Positions 51,820-61,964 are shown, counted from the stretch's first letter. The stretch: 64,000 bases of DNA from Elusimicrobiota bacterium (GCA_022072025.1 JAJVIP010000011.1:81200-145199); one strand, 5' to 3'. Notes: generated by a model from the letters alone, not told the origin. Program-made: numbers and translations.

Positions 51820-52887
51820 ATGAGTCATTCCAAGGGAGTCATCGAACAGTACCACGCCTATCTTCCCATCAAGCCGGGATGTCAAATTATTACGCTTCAA
51901 GAAGGAAACACGCCATTGGTGGAAGCGCCGCGTTTGGCCAAAGCGTTGGGGGCTCCCCACATATCCCTTTACTTGAAATTGGAAGGCCTCAATCCCACCG
52001 GTTCATTTAAGGATCGGGGGATGACGTTGGCCGTCACCGATGCGGTGGCCCAAGGGTCCAAAACCATTATTTCAGCTTCTACCGGGAACACCTCCGCCTC
52101 CGCAGCGGCCTATGCGGCGAGGGCGGGCATCAAGTGTGTGGTGCTCATTCCTGATGGAAATATTGCTTTGGGGAAATTGTCACAAGGACTCATGTATGGA
52201 GCCCAAGTCTTGGCCATCCAAGGTAATTTTGATGACGCGCTTGAACTAGTCAAAGAGATTTCAAGACAATATCCCATCACCATGGTCAATTCTCTTAATG
52301 AAATGAGAATTGAAGGACAAAAAACCGGGGCCTTCGAAATTGTCGATGCATTGGAGGATGCCCCAGACTATCAATTCATGCCCGTTGGAAATGCCGGCAA
52401 TATCACCGCCTATTGGAAGGGATATTGTGAATATTTTAAAAAGAAGAAGATAAATTCATACCCCAAATTGATGGGTTTTCAAGCCGAAGGAGCCGCCCCC
52501 ATTGTTCAAGGAAAACCAATCAAAAATCCTTCGACCATTGCCACGGCCATCAAAATTGGAAATCCCGCTTCCTGGAAGCGAGCAGAAGCAGCCCGAGACG
52601 AGTCCGGTGGAGTTATTGATTCTGTCACCGATGATGAAATCCTTGAGGCCTACAAACTCATGGCGCAACTGGAAGGGGTTTACTGCGAACCGGCCAGTGC
52701 CGCAGGCGTGGCGGGATTAAAAAAATACATTTCCCAAGGGAAAATTTCACTGACTCCCCAATCCAAAGTGGTTGCCATCATAACTGGCCATGGGTTAAAA
52801 GATCCCGATCGGGCCATTGCTGTTATGCCGCGACCCCTGTCGGTTAAAGCCGATGTGAAATCCATTCTTGACGTGCTTCATATTTAA
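51820..52887 (+). CDS. thrC: Threonine synthase
   Basis: EGNTPL, NPTGSFKDRG, STGNT, PVGNAGN, TGHGLKDP. Confidence 0.96.
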   Translation: MSHSKGVIEQYHAYLPIKPGCQIITLQEGNTPLVEAPRLAKALGAPHISLYLKLEGLNPTGSFKDRGMTLAVTDAVAQGSKTIISASTGNTSASAAAYAARAGIKCVVLIPDGNIALGKLSQGLMYGAQVLAIQGNFDDALELVKEISRQYPITMVNSLNEMRIEGQKTGAFEIVDALEDAPDYQFMPVGNAGNITAYWKGYCEYFKKKKINSYPKLMGFQAEGAAPIVQGKPIKNPSTIATAIKIGNPASWKRAEAARDESGGVIDSVTDDEILEAYKLMAQLEGVYCEPASAAGVAGLKKYISQGKISLTPQSKVVAIITGHGLKDPDRAIAVMPRPLSVKADVKSILDVLHI

Positions 52888-53243
52888 TGACGATAGGGCG
52901 AAAATTATTGATTTTGGCCCAGGTACTCGGAACAATCCTTTTTGTGACCCATTACCAGGTTCATGGGGGGCAACCCGTTCTGGCTTGGATTTTTCCTCTG
53001 ATCATCTTGATTTTGATCATCATCAATTCAATTTGGTTTACGCGTTTTTCTTCTTGGCTTATTTTCTCCATGGCTTTTTTTGGTTTTTTGGTTGTATTAA
53101 GCGCTTTTACGTTGCGGTGGCGTCTGCAACCCGATTTTCAATCCGCCCCTTTTTACCGAACTCTGCTGATGTATGTTATTTTTGTCTATATTAGTTTGGG
53201 CCAAATCAAAATACTGGGGAGTACCTCATGGGACAAACACTGA
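52887..53243 (+). CDS. Small hypothetical membrane protein (about 4 TM)
   Basis: Hydrophobic ORF coupled to thrC (TAATG overlap) and overlapping the livK start. Confidence 0.6.
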   Translation: MTIGRKLLILAQVLGTILFVTHYQVHGGQPVLAWIFPLIILILIIINSIWFTRFSSWLIFSMAFFGFLVVLSAFTLRWRLQPDFQSAPFYRTLLMYVIFVYISLGQIKILGSTSWDKH

Positions 53244-54535
53244 GAGAGATATTTAAATTATTCAGTAGGAAGAATCTGGATTCAGGTGAGACTGTCGCCC
53301 CGGTAATTCTCTGGCCAGGGCCCAGGTGTAATCCTGGACGAAAATCTGGATCCCTGCCCGTCCGGCAGGCGGGCCGGTCAAACGGTAGGCCGGGACGGGG
53401 AGTCGGTCCCCTTGTTCTTGGCTTGGCGGGAATGGTTTTTTTATCAACCGGCTTCTTTTCCTGTAAACCCGCTGAAAAAAAGATAAAGATCGCCTTGGCC
53501 ATGCCTTTAACAGGCGATATCGCCTCTTTGGGGCAGGGACTCAAACGCGCTGTCACGCTGGCGATTGAAGAAGCCAACAAAAATCATCTGACTCCCCAAC
53601 CCTTGGAATTGGTCGTGTTCGACGATCGGTCTGACCCGCGTGAAGCCGTCAGTGTGGCCAACCGAATTGCCTCGGATCGTCATGTGGTGGCCGTGATTGG
53701 ACATTTCAATTCGGGTTGTTCAATTCCAGCGTCACGGGTTTATGCGCAGGCGGGTTTGGCCATGCTCACGCCGGCCTCCTCAAATCCTGAACTCACGCTG
53801 CAACAATTGTCTCCTCAATGGGTCTATCCCAAATCTATTTTCCGGGCCAACACCACAGACAATGTTCAAGGCGCCTTTGGGGCTGATTTCGTCTCAAGCA
53901 CGTTGAAGCTGAACCGGGTGGCCATTATTCACGACAAATCCGCCTATGGCCAGGGAGTGGCTGAAGAATTCAAAAAACAATTTGAATTAAACAAAGGGGT
54001 GGTGACCGCATTTGAAGGACTTCAGGTCCAAGACCGTGATTTTCGATCGCTTCTCACGCGCGTGAAGGCCACGCAGCCCCAAGCGCTCTACTTCGGAGGC
54101 ATGTTTTCTGAAGGGGGCATTCTCGTCCGCCAATTGCGAGACATCGGATTTAAAGGGCCCTTTGTCACCTGTGAAGCCAATTACGATCCCGCTTTCTTAA
54201 AGGTGGCCGGGGAAGCTGCCGAAGGAGCCTATGTGACTTTTTTGGGTTCACCCCCTGAACTTTTGCCGACGGCTCAAGAATTTATTGTTCGTTACCGAGA
54301 GCGGTATCCCACTGACGAATTAAAGTCCTACGATGCTTATGGTTACGAGACCGGAAACATCATTATTGATGCCATCAAAACCGTGGGAACCGACCGCGCA
54401 AAAATAATTGAACATCTTCGCGGGATCAAATTTACAGGCGTGTTGGGCACCACCTCGTTTGATGAAAAAGGAGACACGTTGAATAAGGCCATCACGTTGT
54501 TTCAAGTGAAAAAAGGAGCTTTTGTCCATCTTTAA
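53228..54535 (+). CDS. livK: Branched-chain amino acid ABC transporter substrate-binding lipoprotein
   Basis: Lipobox FFSC, PLTG, DDRSDP, GHFNSG, HDKSAYGQG; GGGGAG RBS before ATG 53228. Confidence 0.9.
   Translation: MGQTLREIFKLFSRKNLDSGETVAPVILWPGPRCNPGRKSGSLPVRQAGRSNGRPGRGVGPLVLGLAGMVFLSTGFFSCKPAEKKIKIALAMPLTGDIASLGQGLKRAVTLAIEEANKNHLTPQPLELVVFDDRSDPREAVSVANRIASDRHVVAVIGHFNSGCSIPASRVYAQAGLAMLTPASSNPELTLQQLSPQWVYPKSIFRANTTDNVQGAFGADFVSSTLKLNRVAIIHDKSAYGQGVAEEFKKQFELNKGVVTAFEGLQVQDRDFRSLLTRVKATQPQALYFGGMFSEGGILVRQLRDIGFKGPFVTCEANYDPAFLKVAGEAAEGAYVTFLGSPPELLPTAQEFIVRYRERYPTDELKSYDAYGYETGNIIIDAIKTVGTDRAKIIEHLRGIKFTGVLGTTSFDEKGDTLNKAITLFQVKKGAFVHL
53290..53404 (+). repeat. Palindromic element copy A (in-frame in livK), with a nested 21-nt CCTGCCCGTCCGGCAGGCGGG unit
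   Basis: Shares outer arms GTCGCCCCGG...GGCCGGGACG and inner arms GCCRGGGCCCAG...CTGGRTCC with the element at 63404. Confidence 0.7.
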
Positions 54536-55424
54536 CACACTGATCGAACAGTTGATCAATGGCTTAACGCTCGGCGCCATTTACGCTTTGGTCGCTCTCG
54601 GCTACACCATGGTGTATGGAATATTGCTCATGATTAACTTTGCCCATTCTGAAATTTTCATGATGGGTGCTTTCGTGGGATGTGCGGTTCTAACGCTTTG
54701 CGGAGCTCTTCCCGCGCCCCTTGCGATGGGGTTGGCGGTTGTGGGCGCGATGATCGTTTGTGGCCTCGCGGCCTTGGGCGTTGAAAAATTAGCTTATGCC
54801 CCTTTGCGCAAAGCTTCCCGACTGGCGCCGCTTATATCAGCCATTGGCGTGTCCATTGTTCTTCAAAATGGTTTTTTTCTTTGGCGAGATGATTTTCTCG
54901 GATTTCCAAACGTCATTCCTGAAAGGCACTTTTATTTTGGGCCCCTGCACTTTTCTTTGATTCAGTTGATCATTCTTTTCAGCAGTTTGATTTTGATGCT
55001 CGGTTTGTGGTTGTTCGTGAACCACACGCGGTTTGGTCAAGCCATTCGGGCTTGTTCTCAAGACCGTGAAGCGGCCGGTTTGATGGGTATCCCTGTGAAT
55101 GCCATGATTTCGCTTACTTTTTTTATCGGGGCCTCGCTCGGCGCGGCTGGAGGCATCCTTTACAGCCTGTATTATGGTTCCATTAAATACAACATGGGAT
55201 TTGTGCCTGGAATAAAAGCGTTTACGGCTGCGGTGTTGGGGGGCATTGGCAACATCCCGGGAGCCATGGTGGGCGGATTGATTTTGGGGATGGCGGAATC
55301 TTTGGGCGCGGCTTTTTTACCGCAGGCTTCGTGGAAAGATGTGTTCGCCTTTGGAATTCTCATTTTGGTTCTCGTCATTCGCCCTTCGGGTCTTCTGGGA
55401 GAGCGTACCGCCGAGAAGGTATGA
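54522..55424 (+). CDS. livH: Branched-chain amino acid ABC permease LivH
   Basis: QLINGLTLGAIYALVALGYTMVYG, INFAH, KAFTAAVLGGIG. Confidence 0.94.
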   Translation: MSIFNTLIEQLINGLTLGAIYALVALGYTMVYGILLMINFAHSEIFMMGAFVGCAVLTLCGALPAPLAMGLAVVGAMIVCGLAALGVEKLAYAPLRKASRLAPLISAIGVSIVLQNGFFLWRDDFLGFPNVIPERHFYFGPLHFSLIQLIILFSSLILMLGLWLFVNHTRFGQAIRACSQDREAAGLMGIPVNAMISLTFFIGASLGAAGGILYSLYYGSIKYNMGFVPGIKAFTAAVLGGIGNIPGAMVGGLILGMAESLGAAFLPQASWKDVFAFGILILVLVIRPSGLLGERTAEKV

Positions 55425-56404
55425 AAATTTTTCATCGACCGTCCTGGTCGAACTTGTTGTTGGGTTTGCTGATTGTTTTTTCGATTCTATTTCCTCCCTT
55501 TCTTCTCAATTCCGATTATTCCTATGTGTTGCAACTGTTGGTGACAGTCGGTCTCTATATGATTTTGGCCATGGGATTGAATTTGGTGGTAGGCTTTTTG
55601 GGTTTGTTGGATTTGGGCTTTATGGCTTTCTATGCGATCGGCGCTTACAGTATGGCGCTTCTGTCCTGCGCTGGTTTTGGGTTTTGGGCAACGCTTGGAC
55701 TCTCAGTTCTTTTGACCATGGGTTTCCGTTTGTTGCTCGGGGCCCCCGTGTTGAGATTGCGCGGAGATTATTTAGCGATTGTAACTCTGGGATTTGGAGA
55801 AATTACCCGTATTGTTCTCAACAATTGGGACTCGCTAACTCAAGGCCCCAAAGGAATATCGTTGCTTACCCATCCAGATGTTGTTCCGATTACTTTTTTT
55901 GGATTTCACATTTCCAATAATTTGAACTTTTACTATTTGACCCTGTTTTTTGTTTTTGTCTGCGCGACTTTAAGCCTTCGTCTCAAATATTCACGCATCG
56001 GTCGCGCCTGGATGGCCATTCGTGAAGATGAAATGGCGGCCCGTCTCACCGGCATTCAAATAACACGAATGAAATTGATTGGTTTTGTTATCAGCGCGGG
56101 ATTTGCGGGGATTGCGGGTGGAATCTTCGCGAGATCTCAAAATTTTGTGACGCCGGAGTCGTTTACGTTTTGGGAATCGGTGATGCTTGTGGCCATGGTG
56201 GTGATTGGCGGTATGGGATCGGTGGGAGGGGTTCTTCTGGGTGCGGCCATCGTGATCCTGGTGCCTGAAATGTTGCGGAGTCTGTTGGGAAGCGGGTTCG
56301 TGAGTTGGCGTTATTTTCTTTTTGGACTCGCGTTGGTGTTGATCGCCCTTTACCGGCCCCAGGGCCTTTGGCCCAACCGGCGCAAAATCGTGGAACTTGA
56401 ATGA
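55421..56404 (+). CDS. livM: Branched-chain amino acid ABC permease LivM
   Basis: GLLDLG, LRLRGDYLAIVTLGFGEI, GRAWMAIREDE. Confidence 0.94.
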   Translation: MKIFHRPSWSNLLLGLLIVFSILFPPFLLNSDYSYVLQLLVTVGLYMILAMGLNLVVGFLGLLDLGFMAFYAIGAYSMALLSCAGFGFWATLGLSVLLTMGFRLLLGAPVLRLRGDYLAIVTLGFGEITRIVLNNWDSLTQGPKGISLLTHPDVVPITFFGFHISNNLNFYYLTLFFVFVCATLSLRLKYSRIGRAWMAIREDEMAARLTGIQITRMKLIGFVISAGFAGIAGGIFARSQNFVTPESFTFWESVMLVAMVVIGGMGSVGGVLLGAAIVILVPEMLRSLLGSGFVSWRYFLFGLALVLIALYRPQGLWPNRRKIVELE

Positions 56405-57195
56405 TCCTGCTCAAAACTCAAGGGCTCAGTAAATTATTTGGCGGATTGCATGCTTTACAAGATGTGAATTTCGTGATTATGCCTGGCGAGATTGTGAGTC
56501 TCATTGGCCCCAACGGAGCGGGAAAAACCACCTTCTTTAATTTGCTTACTGGCGTTTATAAGCCCGATGGAGGAACCATCGAATTTTCGGGTGAACGAAT
56601 TGATGGCCGGCCTTCGCATTGGATAGTGAAGCGGGGACTCGCGCGCACATTTCAAAATATTCGGCTGTTCAACAACATGACGGTTCTCGAAAATGTGATG
56701 GTGGGCCGGCATTGTCGAACGCGATCTGAACTGGGTTCTGCTTTGTTGAGGACGCCGGGATTTTTCCGGGAAGAACGTGAAATCACTCAATTTGCGCGTG
56801 AGCGACTTCAATTCGTGGGCCTTTTGAAATTCGCTAACCATTTGGCGGGGGGATTGGCCTATGGAGCGCAGCGCCGGCTCGAGTTGGCGCGGGCTTTGGC
56901 CACAGAACCTCGGCTGCTTTTGTTGGATGAGCCCACCGCGGGCATGAGTCACGCGGAATCACTTGAAATGTTGGAACTGATCCAACAAATCGCCAATGAA
57001 GGCGTCACGATCCTTTTAATTGAACATCGTATGAGTTTGGTCATGCGCGTGTCCCAACGGGTTCACGTGTTGGATCATGGCGTAAAGATTGCCGAAGGCT
57101 CCCCCAGTGAAATCCAGGCTCATCCCAAAGTGATTCAGGCCTATTTGGGGTCGGGACAAGAAACGCCAGAAATCAGTGATTTGGGTCATGCTTAA
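56401..57195 (+). CDS. livG: Branched-chain amino acid ABC ATPase LivG
   Basis: GPNGAGKTT, RTFQNIRLF, LAYGAQRRLE, LDEP. Confidence 0.94.
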   Translation: MILLKTQGLSKLFGGLHALQDVNFVIMPGEIVSLIGPNGAGKTTFFNLLTGVYKPDGGTIEFSGERIDGRPSHWIVKRGLARTFQNIRLFNNMTVLENVMVGRHCRTRSELGSALLRTPGFFREEREITQFARERLQFVGLLKFANHLAGGLAYGAQRRLELARALATEPRLLLLDEPTAGMSHAESLEMLELIQQIANEGVTILLIEHRMSLVMRVSQRVHVLDHGVKIAEGSPSEIQAHPKVIQAYLGSGQETPEISDLGHA

Positions 57196-57907
57196 GGTCA
57201 CCGACATTCATGTGGGGTATGGAAAAATAAAAGCGCTCCATGGCGTTAGTCTTTATGTCGACTCCGGTGAAGTGGTGACGCTCATCGGCGCCAATGGATC
57301 TGGAAAAAGCTCTTTTCTCAAAGCCCTCTCAGGGTTGTTGCCCGCGACCGCGGGTGAAATTATTTTTGAAGGCACCCGAATTGATAAATACCCGCCCCAT
57401 GAAATTACCCGGTTGGGATTGGTTCAAATTCCCGAAGGCCGCCGAATATTTCCGCTTTTAACGGTTGAAGAAAACCTTCAAATGGGGGCCTTTTTCCGAA
57501 AAGATCACGGAGCTGTCTCCGATGACATGGATCATCTCTACAATTTATTTCCCAAACTTAAAGAGAGACGCAAACAACTGGGCGGCACATTATCGGGAGG
57601 GGAACAACAGATGTTGGCGTTTGGCCGAGCCCTCATGGCTCGACCCAAGTTGCTCGCTTTGGATGAACCGTCCATGGGTTTGGCTCCGTTTATTGTGGAT
57701 AAAGTGTTTGAAATTATTCGAGACATCAACCGTCGTGGGGTAACCATCTTGTTGGTTGAACAAAACGCGCGAGCGGCCCTTTCAGTGGCCGGGCGCGGTT
57801 ATGCCTTGGAAACAGGCCATGTGATTTTGGAAGACACCGCGAAAAACCTGCTCACCAATGACAAAGTTAAACAGTGCTACTTGGGCATTCAGGAAAATCT
57901 CCTATGA
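57188..57907 (+). CDS. livF: Branched-chain amino acid ABC ATPase LivF
   Basis: GANGSGKS, PEGRRIF, LSGGEQQMLA, LDEPSMGLAP. Confidence 0.94.
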   Translation: MLKVTDIHVGYGKIKALHGVSLYVDSGEVVTLIGANGSGKSSFLKALSGLLPATAGEIIFEGTRIDKYPPHEITRLGLVQIPEGRRIFPLLTVEENLQMGAFFRKDHGAVSDDMDHLYNLFPKLKERRKQLGGTLSGGEQQMLAFGRALMARPKLLALDEPSMGLAPFIVDKVFEIIRDINRRGVTILLVEQNARAALSVAGRGYALETGHVILEDTAKNLLTNDKVKQCYLGIQENLL

Positions 57908-59160
57908 AACTGTTTCGATTGGAGTTCATTTGCGTTGGATCAGAACTTTTAACGGGAAAAATTAACACGCATACCGCCTACCTCGGGCAGAGACTGGCCT
58001 CGTTGGGTTTGTCCATTTCGCGGGAACATGCGGTGGGCGACAATCCTCGCCTTATGCGGGAAACATTTTCAGAGGTCCTGAGCCGTTCAAATGTTGTTAT
58101 TTGCGCAGGCGGATTGGGGCCCACCTTTGACGATATCACCCGAGACGTATGGGCCGCTGTGTTAAATCGAAAACTCGTCCATCAACCTTGGCTTTTGGAG
58201 GACATCAAGAAAAAGTTTCGTTCTCGTGGGGTCGTGATGCCACCAATGAACCGGCGGCAGACGTTTGTGTTGGAAGGAGCCCGAGTTATTCCCAACAATT
58301 GCGGGACCGCTCCTGGACAGATTCTTAAATTCAGGAATAAATGGTTGATTCTTCTTCCTGGTCCGAGTCGTGAGTTGGTTCCCATGGTGGAGAATAATGT
58401 CCTTCCCCATTTACAGAATGAATGCGCGGCCAACCCCCTCCGCCAAAAATCACTTTTAATCTTCGGTGTTCCCGAATCAACGGTGGATCAAATGATTCGA
58501 CCTTGGGTGGCACGCCGAAAAGATTTTATGGGGTGCCGGGTCACCCACGGCATTTTGGCTTCTCAAGCGATCATCACTGTTAAATTTTCGGTTTCAGGAA
58601 AAAGTTCAATCCAAGTCGAAAAGACCGCTGATCGATTGGAAAAAGAGGCCAGAAAAATTTTGGGCCGGTTGGTTTTTGGAACAGGCCAGGAAACTTTGGA
58701 AGGAATTGTGGGCGAACTTCTACGCAAAAAAAACAAAACCTTGGCCGTGGCCGAGTCTTGCACGGGCGGCTTGATTTCGAAATTGTTGACCGATGTCGCG
58801 GGTTCCTCTGATTATTTTGCGGAAGGAGTTGTGACCTATACGAACCAGAGCAAGATGAAACGCCTCGGGGTGAAAACCTCCACATTGGCGCGTGTGGGCG
58901 CTGTTTCACCAGAGGTGGCCAAAGAGATGGTGTTGGGATTGCGGAAATCTTCGGGCGCCACCTACGGATTGTCAGTGACGGGCGTGGCCGGACCCTCGGG
59001 CGGATCACTCCAAAAACCCGTGGGACTTGTTTTTATTGGGGTGTCGGGCCCACGCGGAACCAAAATCGAAAAACATCAATTCCGCGGCGACCGCGCCAGC
59101 ATCCGCCACCGCGCCGCCCTCACCGCGCTCAATAGTCTCCGAGAAACATTGCTACCTTAA
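57904..59160 (+). CDS. cinA: CinA (molybdopterin-binding-like domain plus NMN deamidase PncC)
   Basis: VGSELL, GGLGPTFDD, GTAPG, AESCTGG, TGVAGP. Confidence 0.94.
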   Translation: MKLFRLEFICVGSELLTGKINTHTAYLGQRLASLGLSISREHAVGDNPRLMRETFSEVLSRSNVVICAGGLGPTFDDITRDVWAAVLNRKLVHQPWLLEDIKKKFRSRGVVMPPMNRRQTFVLEGARVIPNNCGTAPGQILKFRNKWLILLPGPSRELVPMVENNVLPHLQNECAANPLRQKSLLIFGVPESTVDQMIRPWVARRKDFMGCRVTHGILASQAIITVKFSVSGKSSIQVEKTADRLEKEARKILGRLVFGTGQETLEGIVGELLRKKNKTLAVAESCTGGLISKLLTDVAGSSDYFAEGVVTYTNQSKMKRLGVKTSTLARVGAVSPEVAKEMVLGLRKSSGATYGLSVTGVAGPSGGSLQKPVGLVFIGVSGPRGTKIEKHQFRGDRASIRHRAALTALNSLRETLLP

Positions 59161-59750
59161 GTCCGCTCTTCTGTTCGATTCGTTGCGAATTGCAAAAGTT
59201 TCCATTTCCTTGTCATGCGGTGTAGAGATTCTTCATTTGAGAATGAGTGGAGGTCGCGAATGTTGATCCACGCCAGTTCAATGGATTCTCTCCCTGCGAG
59301 AACCGGGTCGGAACCCACCGCTTGAAAAACAAAACGGACGTCGTAATGGTAATGAGCGGGTTCATTGGTTCTGGCGGGAATGGGGTGAATGTCCACATCA
59401 AATATTCGGTTTGAAAGGGGGCGTATCCCTTTTTTAAGTCCCGACTCCTCATAGGCTTCGCGCAAGGCCACGGCTTGAATATCGCAATCGCCATCGGCAT
59501 GCCCCCCCAACTGCAGCCATTTCCCTAATTTTTTGTGATGAGTAAGAAGAACCTTTTCTCCCGTTTGATCCATCAACCAGGCAGAGCCGGTTATGTGACC
59601 ACTCCAATGGCTTCGCTCAAAACATTTCGGATGGGCGGTCACGAAAGCGAGAATTTGATTTCTCTGCCGATCATCTTCATCATCGATGGCCACGTAATTT
59701 TCAAGCAAATGGATCAGGGGGGTTCTATTATCAGACGGATCTATCCTCAT
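59157..59750 (-). CDS. NUDIX hydrolase
   Basis: GHITGSA, WLQLGGHADG...ALREAYEESG, HYHYDVRF. Confidence 0.9.
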   Translation of the reverse strand: MRIDPSDNRTPLIHLLENYVAIDDEDDRQRNQILAFVTAHPKCFERSHWSGHITGSAWLMDQTGEKVLLTHHKKLGKWLQLGGHADGDCDIQAVALREAYEESGLKKGIRPLSNRIFDVDIHPIPARTNEPAHYHYDVRFVFQAVGSDPVLAGRESIELAWINIRDLHSFSNEESLHRMTRKWKLLQFATNRTEERT

Positions 59751-59776
59751 GAGACTGAAAGTTATGAAATGCGGAC

Positions 59777-60613
59777 ATGGGCGCCAAATACGGCCAACAT
59801 TTTTTAGTCAACTCCCATGCGGCGGAACGAATTGTCGCATCAATGGGTCTGGGAGCGGAAGATTCCGTTCTTGAAATCGGTCCCGGCAAAGGGGCGTTAA
59901 CGGCTTTTCTCTTGAAAGCCCACTATTTGGCGATTGTTGAAATAGACCCCGACATGGTGGCCCTCCTGCAAGGTCGGTTTAAAAGTTTTCCACAAGTGAA
60001 TCTCTTTCAAGCGGATATACTTCGTTTTGATTTTTCTCGTCTTAATGGGAGTATTTCGGGACCATCGTCAACTCGGCAACCCATTGGCCGGGAGGACGGC
60101 ACAAAAAAGCCATTTAAGGTGGTGGGAAACCTGCCTTACAATTTGACCTCTCCTATTCTTCGCCGTCTTTCGGATTGGAAGGGGTGGGAAACCGCCACGC
60201 TCATGGTTCAAAAAGAGGTGGCCGAACGGCTTTGCGCCGCTCCCGCCACGTCGGCCTATGGAGCCTTGACTGTGGGGATGGGTCTCACCTGCCAGATAGG
60301 ATTTGTATTCGAATTGTCGGAAAAATCTTTCAGTCCGCCTCCCAAGGTTAAGTCGGCTGTCGTCAAATTGATTCGTCGGGCCTCGCCATTGACGTCCGAT
60401 ATTGAAGGAACCCAACGCGTGATTCAGGCGGCTTTCCAGCAACGCCGAAAAACAATTCTGAATTCGCTTTCACATGGATTGGGGCTTGAAAAAGGCCAAG
60501 TTGAAATATTCTTGAAAGGGTTGGGTATTGACCCGCTCATTCGGCCGGAACGTCTACCGATTCAAGCTTTTGTTCAGCTCAACGAGGTTTTGTCGAAAAA
60601 TGGGATTCCGTAG
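59777..60613 (+). CDS. rsmA: 16S rRNA dimethyltransferase RsmA/KsgA
   Basis: GQHFL, EIGPGKG, GNLPYN, MVQKEVAERL, FQQRRKT. Confidence 0.95.
   Translation: MGAKYGQHFLVNSHAAERIVASMGLGAEDSVLEIGPGKGALTAFLLKAHYLAIVEIDPDMVALLQGRFKSFPQVNLFQADILRFDFSRLNGSISGPSSTRQPIGREDGTKKPFKVVGNLPYNLTSPILRRLSDWKGWETATLMVQKEVAERLCAAPATSAYGALTVGMGLTCQIGFVFELSEKSFSPPPKVKSAVVKLIRRASPLTSDIEGTQRVIQAAFQQRRKTILNSLSHGLGLEKGQVEIFLKGLGIDPLIRPERLPIQAFVQLNEVLSKNGIP
60063..60100 (+). repeat. Minimal palindromic element copy (in-frame in rsmA)
   Basis: CGTC-AA-CTCGGC...GCCGGG-AG-GACG hairpin; its 3' arm TGGCCGGGAGGACGGC resembles GGGCCGGGACGACGGC of the 63404 element. Confidence 0.5.
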
Positions 60614-61964
60614 AAATAGCGTTGGTTTGAATGTTTCTCCCCATCAGGGGCTGGAGCCCCACCACGCTAAAAAATAAGTTGAGACTGGAAATGTGTTGAA
60701 CCCCAGCTCGCACTTCTTGGAATTTTCCGGACAGAAAAAAGTGCACAAGGAACCGTCCCACCGAAGAAACCAGAAATAAACTGAGAAGTGGAAATCCAAA
60801 GAGCGCGGGAAGATGATCGCTTAGCCAGCCTCCAAGTCCGGCCCCAGCGAAAATGGCGATGCCATTGATCAAATTAAAGTAACCCAGACACCGCATCCTT
60901 TTGGAGGGTGTGACGGCATCGTAAATGTAATTGACGGCGCACAGGTTGAACCCCCCCCAAAGAATACCGGCCAAGGCCTCGACAAACATCAGCGGAACCA
61001 AATGATGAAAGACCAGCCAGAAGAGTGGAATGGTGGGAATAAGGAGGCTGGTGGTTTTCAGAATTCGTGCATTCCCGACTTGATCAGCATGCCGCCCCCA
61101 AATGGGGAATGCGATTAAACTGGACAAGGTGGACATGAGTGTAATGGCCATAAACCCCAAATAGTCAAAATGCAGATCGCGCAACATGTGAACGCTGAAG
61201 TAGGGTGCCGCCAAATGGGTGGTGAAAGTAAGGCCGGACACATAAAAAACAAACTTCACGAAATTGCTCTCACGCGTTCGCCTGAGAAACATCCACAACG
61301 TGAATTCGCTTTCTTTGGTTTTTGTGTAGGGAAGGTCGGTCATTTGGCGAATGAAATGATGAGAAGCGAATCGGGCCGCGGCGCTGGAAAGGAACATAAA
61401 CATAAACCCCGCTTCAGGAGAGATCCATTTTTTCCAAAGGTACAGAAACCCGCCCCAAAAGAGGAGTGTCCCCAGACTTGTCAGGCCCATAAGACGTGAT
61501 CGCCATCCAAAATAATCACCTCGGCGATGGGCGGGCAAATATTCGCTGACCAGACTTCCCCAGGGTGGCCCCAGTAGACCTCCAATGACTTTGTAGACAG
61601 AAAACAGAAACGTCAAAACAACGAGTTTATGAGGGATTGGCAAAAAGGGAAGCAGTCCAATGGGCAATAAAAAGAACGCTTGGACCAAAACACCTTGGGT
61701 AAGTACCCGCAAACGACTCCCCGTGATATGAACCGCGGATACGGCCCAGGCTTGAGCCAAAGCGGAAAGCAAATTGGGGATGGCCACCAACCATCCCACC
61801 TGTTGATTGGTCGCTCCCAGCAGGAGCGCAAACGGCACCATATACGTATCGACAATGCTGATCATGATTTGGGCGGCCACCCCATCTTTTGAGCAGGCTT
61901 TGAGGCTTCGTTGGATATGTTGGTTTTCAGGGGCTTGTGACCGGAGTTCAGTGGAGGGAAGCAT
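60579..61964 (-). CDS. MFS transporter
   Basis: About 12 TM; RRGDYFGWR and WGRHADQVGN loop motifs. Confidence 0.88.
   Translation of the reverse strand: MLPSTELRSQAPENQHIQRSLKACSKDGVAAQIMISIVDTYMVPFALLLGATNQQVGWLVAIPNLLSALAQAWAVSAVHITGSRLRVLTQGVLVQAFFLLPIGLLPFLPIPHKLVVLTFLFSVYKVIGGLLGPPWGSLVSEYLPAHRRGDYFGWRSRLMGLTSLGTLLFWGGFLYLWKKWISPEAGFMFMFLSSAAARFASHHFIRQMTDLPYTKTKESEFTLWMFLRRTRESNFVKFVFYVSGLTFTTHLAAPYFSVHMLRDLHFDYLGFMAITLMSTLSSLIAFPIWGRHADQVGNARILKTTSLLIPTIPLFWLVFHHLVPLMFVEALAGILWGGFNLCAVNYIYDAVTPSKRMRCLGYFNLINGIAIFAGAGLGGWLSDHLPALFGFPLLSLFLVSSVGRFLVHFFLSGKFQEVRAGVQHISSLNLFFSVVGLQPLMGRNIQTNAISTESHFSTKPR

Noticed and set aside
50512..52887. Absence of thrB from the hom-thrC operon
   Set aside because: hom-thrC without an adjacent thrB is a common arrangement, and one window cannot show that the gene is lost.
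53310..53350. Hammerhead ribozyme or known riboswitch in the livK element (stem followed by CGAAA)
   Set aside because: There is no CUGANGA core, and no SAM, glycine, lysine, TPP or c-di-GMP consensus was recognised.
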